DNA of 18,845 bases, taken from contig MTSL01000087.1 in the NCBI GenBank assembly GCA_002794465.1, positions 4,119 through 22,963 of the forward strand, in the 5' to 3' direction. Below, in pieces: positions 1 through 7,632 of the stretch. Made by a program: the position numbers and the translations under genes. Every line of letters begins with the position of its first letter. Positions within the stretch are counted from its first letter, which is position 1. This stretch comes from Paramicrosporidium saccamoebae KSL3 (lineage: Eukaryota > Fungi > Cryptomycota). Under the pieces are notes generated by a model. That model had not been told where the DNA came from and made no database searches. It saw only the letters and a list, made by a program, of their open reading frames with translations.

Positions 1-224
1 AGGTCCCACTGTCCTCGAGTACTCAGCTAATCGACTCACTCTATTACATCACCTACCAATCTCACTCCGACCGCACCATGATACAAGTCTAGTCAAATAC
101 ATGGGCCTCGTGCCGGTCTTTAGTATTTTTATAAAAATATAATTCATTTTACGCAGATGGCTGGCTGATCAACCTACCCAATAGTAATGGATAAACTTAT
201 AAGATCTAATCTACCAAATGATCG
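1..224 (+). repeat. Partial copy (A) of dispersed intergenic element upstream of ORF 237
   Basis: CACTGTCCTCGAGTACTCAGCTAATC (7-32) versus CACTGTCCTCAAATACCCGACTAATC (16933-16958). TACCAAATGATCG (212-224) is identical to 12268-12280. 16-bp AT palindrome TATTTTTATAAAAATA at 124-139. Confidence 0.7.
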
Positions 225-236
225 GCTGGTCGCACG

Positions 237-950
237 ATGAGGCTTTCTGGTGTATTCCATAACATACTATGGCCCACAGTAATTTCAGTAATGCTATTCC
301 TGAATCGAGGGACAGCCTCTCGCATGGCCAGTTTGGACAAGCCCGCCGTGCCAACTTTGGAAGGACCTGGCCAGGCTAATACAAGTATGCAGTCTCGGAA
401 TAATGCCCCTGCGCAGGATGAAGACTTTGCTGTGACAAGCTACTGCGAGCCATGTAACAACCCTGAAGCTGGTGATTATACGTGCCAAAAGTATCCCAGT
501 AAAGTCCCAGGCGACTTTGATGTCTGGCAGTGCGGCAAGGTAACAGGTGAGCCCACCAACCACGTAATCTTGTTGACTAGCCCGATTGAGTATCGGACTG
601 CTGAGCCCTTTAAAGAAGCGTGCACATTGGCCTCTACATTGCAATGTGTCGTCTATCTGATTCAGTATCGTTTACCGCAAGAGTACAGCGATCTCGACAG
701 CTCCTCATCGGAAGAGGCCGTTAAAAGATCACTCGTCTCGTTATCCAAAGTACACAGCGCCTTTGATAAGAATATTGCCAATGACATGGCATTGTTGGCT
801 GTGGCTATAAAAACTGATTCATCGAGGTGGAATGACAGCAGCAAGCTGATTCTGATGAGCACTCATATTAACAATCACATCGGCGATAGAGTGGCAAGAA
901 GCTTTCCAAACCTATTTGATTCATTTATCCTCGGCGGGAGATTCCAATAA
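237..950 (+). CDS. Secreted orphan protein (237 aa) with probable degenerate HSL-family alpha/beta-hydrolase fold
   Basis: Intact ORF with hydrophobic N-terminus (ILWPTVISVMLFL) resembling a signal peptide. VVYLIQYRLPQEY resembles the HSL/Abhydrolase_3 VVSVDYRLAPEH motif, but HGGG and GDSAG are absent. The fold call is inference. Confidence 0.65.
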   Translation: MRLSGVFHNILWPTVISVMLFLNRGTASRMASLDKPAVPTLEGPGQANTSMQSRNNAPAQDEDFAVTSYCEPCNNPEAGDYTCQKYPSKVPGDFDVWQCGKVTGEPTNHVILLTSPIEYRTAEPFKEACTLASTLQCVVYLIQYRLPQEYSDLDSSSSEEAVKRSLVSLSKVHSAFDKNIANDMALLAVAIKTDSSRWNDSSKLILMSTHINNHIGDRVARSFPNLFDSFILGGRFQ

Positions 951-975
951 AGGGCTTGTTGACGAGCGAATTGTC

Positions 976-1402
976 CTATTAAAGTATATGGCATATAGGC
1001 AGCCATCGTTAAATCATCGGATTGTGGGGCCGCTATCTGGGTGAAACCCGCAAGTCACAAGCAAATGCTATCCAACAAATCGGATCATTAACCTCACAGT
1101 TCTATTAAAGTATATGGCATATAGGCAGCCATCGTTAAATCATCGGATTGTGGGGCCGCTATTTGGGTTGGATTTACCATTAGCCAGCGGATACTGCTTA
1201 ACAGAGTTGTATCACTAACCTCACAGTTTTATTAGAGTATATGGCATATAGGCAGCCATCATTAAATCGCCGGGTTGTGAGGCCGCTATATGGGTGAAAT
1301 CCGCAAGCCACAAGCGAATACTATTCAACAAATCAGATCACCAACCTCACAGTGTTATTAGAGTATATGGCATACAGGCAGCCATCATTAAATCACCGGA
1401 TT
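976..1402. repeat. Tandem array of ~126-bp units (3 full copies + 1 partial)
   Basis: Units start at about 976, 1102, 1229 and 1355 (periods 126/127/126). Shared core TATTARAGTATATGGCATAYAGGCAGCCATCRTTAAATC; full units end in AACCTCACAGT. Unit 1 has stops in all six frames. Confidence 0.95.
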
Positions 1403-1450
1403 ACTAGCCTTTCTCCAAAGTCATATCGACGGAAAAATTCTCTACGTCGC

Positions 1451-1515
1451 GGGCGAAAAGAAAACTCATTCACTGCTAATCTTAAAATCGCAGGTCCCTA
1501 CTGTCCTCAAATGAT
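1451..1515 (+). repeat. Partial copy (F) of dispersed intergenic element
   Basis: GGCGAAAAGAAAACTCATTCACTGCTAATCTTA matches 16879-16911. AGGTCCCTACTGTCCTC matches window positions 1-16 (AGGTCCC-ACTGTCCTC) and 16933-16945. Confidence 0.75.
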
Positions 1516-1579
1516 CAAGATGAAACGTCTCGACCTACTTTGCGCTCGCTCAACTACAGTCCCGCCCATGACACATTTA

Positions 1580-2762
1580 TTACACAATCGCAAGTTGCTC
1601 GGTGAGCTGAATAAATCTCTTGTACCGTTCAAATGCAGAAGTGATATAGTCGAATCCTTTATATCCATCATCGACCATGTCCACAGCCTTGATCAGGCAC
1701 CAATGCCCCCAAAACAGCTGCACAGCTGCTGCAAAGACACTAATCTCGTCCATAATTTTGTAAACATCTTCAGGGGGACTCTCCCCGAGGTAGTTTTGGA
1801 GAATCCGGACAATAGTGTCTCTTGATGGATAGTTGGACCAATCGGGTACTTCTGGGGTGGGTGAGTTGTAGTCGTAGCAAAACTCGCTCAAAAAATTGGC
1901 CAAATCGAACCCTCTGAATGTCGGCATCCCATACTCAAAGTCAATGGCAATGACCCCATCTTTTGCATGAAACCTCAGCACATTGCCATGGTGCAAATCA
2001 CAATGAGCAAAGACGACGGGAGAGTCAACTTGTGCAATCCTGCATCTAAGCGTGGGGATAAATTCAGGAGAAAATGCATCCCACAGTTCAATCTTCCTTA
2101 GAATTTCAGCATGATCACTGCTCAACTTTCGTTGCAAGAGGTTCGACATTGAGAGACAAGCCGCAAGACGCCAGGACTCTAAGCGCTCGAGCATGTAATC
2201 CCGATTCTCCCACGTCGTGGCCTCGACGACGTTTGGCAGCATGTTGTGAATTCTCCCCAGACACTTTGAGATCTCTGCACATAGTTCCGGGGACTGAAAC
2301 TCTCGGGCCGACACTGAAGTGCTCGGGATATAGTCCTCGAAACGGCCATTTCCAAACACCCCATACCATTGCGGAATTATGCCGTGCTCGGTTAGCACTA
2401 ACGCCGTCGACTCTTCCAAGTCGCGCTGAAACATCCAATTTGAATTTCCATAGACTCGTAAGAGCAGCCTCTCGGGATGCCAAGTGGCAGATTCTGTATC
2501 CTCCTCAGAGGGCCCGGCACACGAAAGCGTCACAGAAAACACCATGTTAGTCATTGCCGAGCTGATGCGATAGACTTGAATGTCTTGGGCACTTGAATGG
2601 AGCCAAATCCCCAACACGCTCTGAACGAGCGAGAGCACAGCTTCAGCGACCTCGCAGGCGTTTTCAGACTGTAGGACACTAAAAATCATGAGCACCTCAA
2701 ACTAGCAAATACCGAACGTCGGCTGTTATGCAGTCGTTACGGACTATCCCGCTCACTCCCAT
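1580..2762 (-). CDS. Choline/ethanolamine kinase
   Basis: ORF 1580-2695 has SAMTNMVF, LLRVYG, Brenner motif HCDLHHGNVL and IDFEYG. The 5' end is tentative: ATG at 2762 plus a 55-nt GTGAGC..TAG intron (2756-2702), or the in-exon ATG near 2689. Confidence 0.92.
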
Positions 2763-2785
2763 TTTGGGCGCCAGGGCGCGCGCCC

Positions 2786-3092
2786 TCATGCTAAATGTGC
2801 AATTCGACACTTTTCAGAATGCTCCAGAAGGGTATACTCTGCCAGCGATAGCACCCGTATAACAAGCGCAGAGGGGGCATTACCAGATGGATTTGTGCAC
2901 CACATCTCTACCAGCTCCCCCATCATATACTGTCGTCTCACAGATGTGGCAACGTGGAATTGCACCGTTTCGTCTCCCGAAATGATAGTCAGCATCTCAT
3001 CCTGCGCACTGTATTTAACGACTCTAACGTTCCAGTAAACCATGTCACAAGTACTTTCCGTAAACTTTTGGGCACGGGTCGGGTACTGGCAT
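2786..3092 (-). CDS. TEN1: Ten1-like (CST complex) small OB-fold protein, ~91 aa
   Basis: Exon 3092-3055, 31-nt GT-AG intron 3054-3024, exon 3023-2786 give MPVPDPCPKVYGKVVKYSAQDEMLTIISGDETVQFHV..GELVEMW..ALVIRVLSLAEYTLLE..R. This follows the Ten1 pattern recalled from S. pombe and human (alignment by eye). Confidence 0.6.
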
Positions 3093-3128
3093 GGCGATAA
3101 GAGATTCAGACCGCTGTCCCTGGACAGA

Positions 3129-5297
3129 ATGAGCGAAGGGGCAGGTCGAATTCCAAAACTTGTCATTCCACGGCTTGTCATCAAAACTGCGCATGATGAC
3201 ATTGGGTCCACTATTCAGAGCCACCTAACTGCGTCTGACCATTCTCGACGACTGAGCACGGCCGCACCCAGAGGCACATCGGACTGCATCCCCGTGCGAG
3301 AGCTCTTGTCTAGCATTTGCCAAAAGTGCTACCACGATTTTGAAAATCTCCTGGAAGTGTCGTCTCGAATGAACATTGTAGAAAAGAAGCGTGATGTTTT
3401 GCGCTTGCTTCGTGAACAAAGTGAGCGGTTTGTAAAGCTAGTCTCTCTGACGCGCTGGATTTCTTGGACTGGTGAATTGTCCTCTGCCGAGGCGGTCTGC
3501 GACAAGCTCTTGCTGGTGCAACAGGAGCTACTTGCCATTGCCGATTCCCTTGTACATTCCTCCACCGACGCTCGGCTGATAAAGTACAATTTTGTGTGAT
3601 TACTGGTGCTATTGCTAGACTCCCCCCGCCCGATGTGTCGCAAGTGTTTAATCTTGTCTTTAAACGCCCACTACCCAGCCCTCGCAGCTTGCAGGTACAT
3701 TTTTAGCTATACACCATAACCTACAGCGGCTCTTGTCAGAGACTGACACGCCAGTGAGAGACAAGGAGCTGGAGACTGTGGCGAAATATTACTCTCACAA
3801 AATCAAGGGTGCAGACCAATATTCTTTGACGTTTGGTAACATCGTCCTGCCTTTTTAACGCCTTTAGAAAATGCGACGCTGGTGGCGGAGGATACAACTG
3901 GATGGAAAGTTACCTTGCGTCTGTATCCCACCAACGCTGAGCCTCAATGGTTTGTTGGATCAATCGTGGGACCATGTACTGCCAGTCTATTGATTCTCAC
4001 TTTTTAGCTCAATCTCTTGCCCAGGCTCTGTATCGGCGTTTTTCCTTGGCGTGGGATCCCTCAAATCCAAATCTCCAGCGGCTCTTCAAAGTTATTCGTA
4101 CCATTCCCACCCGCTCTCATCATTACAGGATCGGCCGTAATCGGTAACTATAAGCATGAAATTACATCTGCCATTGACAGGCTCGCAAAAGTCATCGTAG
4201 TGCCAATAAGCACCACTTTGTGTGGGACAATTGTGACCGTGTCCACTGCATGCAATACTTTTCAAAAGCTCTCCTCAGAGATTGATTTGAACACTGGGGA
4301 ATCGGGTTCTCCGTCTTCCGCTGGCTTCCTTTATCAATTTTCACAGCGCCATCTCGCAGATTCTTTGGAAAAACTGGAAGCAATAGCCCTCGACAAGATC
4401 CGCAGCGAAGCATTGCTGGAAAATGTCGTCTGTTGCCAGCAAGAGGGGCATGTAAAGTGTTCATTCTTGGGGTCAGAGTCATTTTTCAGCTTTGATGGCG
4501 ACCATTTAAGATTCACTAGCGGCTCCGAGGCAACTTTAATGAGCACCCGGTCCAGCGAGGGTGATATGGCTGACTATATTTCCCAGTCTTTGATGAAATT
4601 CAGCCGCCAGTGCATGGGTGAGCGTGTTTCCGAATGCTGTCGACCTCTTTTGAAATTGGGCGTTTCTGAACGCTCTGTAGGCCAAGAAATCTTGGCTATG
4701 ACTCTGAGCGACTTTCCTCGGTGCTTTCTCCTGTTTGAGTCTCTCGATAACGGCTCTATTGGGATCCGCTCTCTCTCATACGATTTCTCCCTTGATGGTT
4801 TGAATGACCAACCCATTCCGCTTGGCACAATGGAAAAGGCCGAGTTTTTGCGTGCCTTGTACGAACAAACCTAAAACTGACATTGTAGAGTTGAACAGGA
4901 CATTGCGCCCTTTGAAGGCATTATTTCTCCAGTCTTAAACATACAAATGCTGCGAGCGCTTCAAGAATCAAAGCTCGTGACCAAAGCAGTCGGAACCAAG
5001 TTGGATGTCCTGAATGCGCCAATCTTGTTTCCCGTGGAGCGGTGTCAGATCTCGGCTATATCTGGTGAAATGACAGTACACTCCCTGCCGCTCTTACTGT
5101 AGATTGAACTGTGCCTTGATCCCGAATTTGTGCCGCGAGAATCAGATTTTCCGAGTGGTCCTAACGTAGTTATAGAAACAGATCGAGCTGTGATCCGGCT
5201 CTGCTCTCTCTCAGTCTCGGATGCAATCCAAAAGACTGAAAGAATATCGCTCGAACTTTATGAAGCCACGAGGCAACGATTTACGCTAAAAGTGTAA
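3129..5297 (+). CDS. MED14: Mediator subunit 14 (Rgr1), ~649 aa, 8 exons
   Basis: IPVRELLSSICQKCYHDFENL..EKKRDVLRLL..RFVKLVSLTRW is the Med14 N-terminal signature. Introns 3584-3618, 3695-3726, 3836-3867, 3976-4007, 4098-4128, 4859-4888 and 5076-5102 give one open frame of 1950 nt. Confidence 0.85.
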
Positions 5298-5360
5298 CCA
5301 TTACGAGAGCGTATCAACCTCCCTATTGCAAGTACAAGCATAAACCTCGGCTATCCCGTA

Positions 5361-5770
5361 TTATTCATTGTCGGATACTAGTCCTATGAGTTTTGCTAGA
5401 AATTATGTGAATATACAAAGACCTTTACAGTAAGAGTACGAGTAGGCAAAACAAATGCCCGAAATAAATCCCGACGTCGCACCCACGAGAAACGGCACGC
5501 TTCGCAACGACCCTAAAAGTTATAATGCAGAAGGGTCAGCATACTTCCTCCCGTATATCCAAAATATGACGGAACAGCTGTAGTAATAGCTATCAAGCCG
5601 TACTCATAGCGGCCAAAGCTGGACACGCATCGCCGAAAAGACGGGTCGGCATCTTGAATTTCATATGGACGCCGACCATTTTCAAACACAATTCCCTTAT
5701 AAATTGGGTGCCTATTCAAGTGGGTTGGGAGAACATCGCCTTTCTGTAGCTTCTCCGCCAGCGGTTCCAT
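5361..5770 (-). CDS. NUXM: NADH:ubiquinone oxidoreductase 20.9/21-kDa accessory subunit (NUXM-like), ~114 aa
   Basis: PYEIQDADPSFRRCVSSFGRYEY matches the family YP(I/V)(I/V)DxxPxFxxVV..F motif. Introns 5544-5513 and 5428-5396 add GFISGICFAYSYSYSKLIGLVSDNE, matching GGFxxAYQxSxxRLxG..N. An alternative start lies at 5791. Confidence 0.8.
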
Positions 5771-5803
5771 TATTCCCTTGGCCAGGGCCATGGAGTTATA
5801 TAG

Positions 5804-5891
5804 CTGTAAAACCATAAAACTATAGGACTGTAAAACTATAGGACTATAGAAATATAGAACTACAGAAGTATAGAACTATAGAACTATGGAA
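5804..5891. repeat. Degenerate 8-bp tandem repeat, 11 units (consensus CTATAGAA)
   Basis: ctgtaaaa ccataaaa ctatagga ctgtaaaa ctatagga ctatagaa atatagaa ctacagaa gtatagaa ctatagaa ctatggaa. Confidence 0.9.
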
Positions 5892-6439
5892 AGGGCTACC
5901 ACTAGGCAACTCTTTGGCGGTTGTGCTACGATCGACATTCCAGAGTCCTATCTTGACGCAAGGTATTTTGCATGACTTGTGTGTGAATCAATCCACTAGT
6001 GAGCTTCGTCAGATACCAGACAATCAAGAAGCTTTTGTTGATAGGTTAAGCGACGCATCTATAATTATAGAGATTGTTGAGCCACCAACAGACGAGAGCG
6101 AGTTATCAAGTCATGTCGAGTACTCTACAAGCCACTACTAACATCCAATCTAGGTACTACATGCAGGATTTGCTCTCAGAGGATAATATCAGCCAAAATA
6201 TGGTATCTAGTGACCTGAAGAGCCCCGTAATGCATACCTTGGGGCCCGTAGGCTCTACCCAAAGCTCTCTACTATCTTTTACACACGCCCTAACACCCGC
6301 TACCTGCATTCAGATGGCGTTAATCCGCATATCCTCTGTAGAAGCTGACATTTTAGTCACAATGAACGGGTCTTCTTCCCGCAATTTCGCCTGTATTGTA
6401 AAATCATTCAACATGCTGGACTGGGCTTTATTTACATAA
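5886..6439 (+). CDS. MOG1: Ran guanine nucleotide release factor Mog1, ~160 aa
   Basis: Introns 5963-5999 and 6120-6153 (the latter with a TACTAAC branch site) give RQLFGG..IPESYLDASELRQIPDNQEAF..SIIIEIVE..MALIRI..DILVTMN..KSFNMLDWALF, the Mog1 signature motifs. Confidence 0.9.
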
Positions 6440-6700
6440 ATAAAGATCATGGTGACAAGTGCAAGATTTGTAGTGATGGTGTGGGTATGTCAATAATCCA
6501 TCATTGGGCGGCTTTTATCCACAGACAGTTTGTGTTGGTAATAAAAACCCTTTATTTCGTATACCCTCTCGGACCGTGTCTTTTGGAACAGCCAGTTTGG
6601 GTCTGGCCAACGCGTGCTAACCAACACTGCATGACCAGGGTCGGCCTCGATTTTCAAGCCTAGAAAGGTAGGTATCATTCAGTCATTCCCTTGTCCATCC

Positions 6701-6897
6701 GTCATATTCTGGGTCTCTTTTGTGTAGATATGCTATGCTATGATGTGTTCTAGTGTGGTATAGTCTGGTATGGTGTATTTTGGTGGCTTTATGTAATGTG
6801 TTCTGGTGTGGCATGCTGTACTGTGCGCTCCCCACTATAGCATACATCCTTATTACACCCCTTACACCCTCCCCCACTCTGTGGCCCAGAATATGAC
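6701..6897. repeat. 13-bp perfect inverted repeat enclosing a degenerate pentamer-period tract
   Basis: GTCATATTCTGGG (6701-6713) and CCCAGAATATGAC (6885-6897). The interior is G/T-rich then C/A-rich with ~5-bp periodicity (tgcta tgcta tgatg tgttc tagtg tggta..). Confidence 0.75.
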
Positions 6898-6935
6898 CCT
6901 CTTTACGAGTCGTACCAACACGCTTACTTTTAGAC

Positions 6936-7328
6936 ATGGTTAGAATCAGCGTGTTGAACGATACTCTTAAGAGCATTTACAATGCCGAGAAGCGCGGAAA
7001 GCGCCAGGTTCTTGTCCGCCCCGTCTCCAAGGTCGTCATCAAGTTCTTGTCTGTCATGCAAAAGCACGGCTACATTGACGAGTTTGAAATTATTGATGAC
7101 CACCGTGCCGGTAAAATTGTAGTCCACCTGAACGGTCGCCTGAACAAGTGTGGTGTCATCTCTCCCCGCTTTGACGTAAAGCTCCCTGAATTGGAAAACT
7201 GGATCAACAACTTGTTGCCATCTCGCCAGTTTGGATTCATTGTCTTGACCACATCTGCTGGTATTATGGATCATGAAGAGGCTCGCCGCAAGCACACTGG
7301 TGGCAAGATTCTCGGATACTTTTACTAA
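6936..7328 (+). CDS. RPS15A: 40S ribosomal protein uS8 (S15A/S22)
   Basis: 130-aa [50 protein letters not shown], near-identical to eukaryotic S15A/S22. Confidence 0.99.
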   Translation: MVRISVLNDTLKSIYNAEKRGKRQVLVRPVSKVVIKFLSVMQKHGYIDEFEIIDDHRAGKIVVHLNGRLNKCGVISPRFDVKLPELENWINNLLPSRQFGFIVLTTSAGIMDHEEARRKHTGGKILGYFY

Positions 7329-7632
7329 GTGGTGTCGAGATTCTTGAATATTACAGCCGCAATCATTAAATATACTACTATTGTGAACAATGTCCGCCCC
7401 CTATCAGCGGTCAACGATCCAGAGGTCAATGATCGGCGGGTCCAATCCAGATAGTAATCTTGCGGATGATGCTCTATAAAGCGCTTTTAATCAAAAACGA
7501 CTTTACTACACACTACGCACTATACACTACACACAGAGCAGAATAAAGTCAGAATCCAAATGCGGTAATTTCGGAAAGAATATAAACAAAGTGTTTTTCC
7601 ATAAATTATCGATACTTTCCAGAGGGTGCACC

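Noticed and set aside
976-1402. CRISPR array (conserved repeat plus variable spacer appearance) or 5S rRNA tandem
   Set aside because: Eukaryotic context with no cas genes. The repeat is too long (>60 bp), and spacers 1 and 3 are homologous to each other. No 5S rRNA sequence similarity on either strand.
1352-1825. 157-aa plus-strand ORF
   Set aside because: Built from repeat unit 4, element copy F and the antisense of the kinase 3' end; non-ATG start and no recognisable protein.
2138-2150. GGTTCGA T-loop-like motif suggesting a tRNA
   Set aside because: Lies inside the kinase CDS with no cloverleaf. No tRNA, rRNA or spliceosomal snRNA was recognised anywhere in the window.
2786-2789. ATGA stop/start overlap between TEN1 and the kinase suggesting bacterial-style translational coupling
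   Set aside because: An in-frame ATG in better context (AAAATGG) lies at 2762 and the kinase 5' end is uncertain; there is no evidence of coupling.
3041-3128. MED14 starting at 3042, back-to-back with a minus-strand ATG on a CATG palindrome
   Set aside because: 3042 lies inside the inferred TEN1 intron, so that start would overlap TEN1 exon 1. The ATG at 3129 is more parsimonious. The similar CATG overlap at 6935-6938 is likely chance.
6440-6700. Small ORFs 6490-6678 (-) and 6481-6663 (+), and possible spliced variants
   Set aside because: No recognisable family. Several splice-like sites exist on both strands, but no convincing gene model. Left unresolved rather than called.
6701-6897. MITE defined by the 13-bp inverted repeat
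   Set aside because: No convincing target-site duplication and no second copy in the window; kept only as a structural observation.
7408-7436. Short direct repeat GGTCAACGATCC / GGTCAATGATCG between RPS15A and RALGAPB, resembling block 5
   Set aside because: Too short and too few copies to distinguish from chance; no other element blocks nearby.
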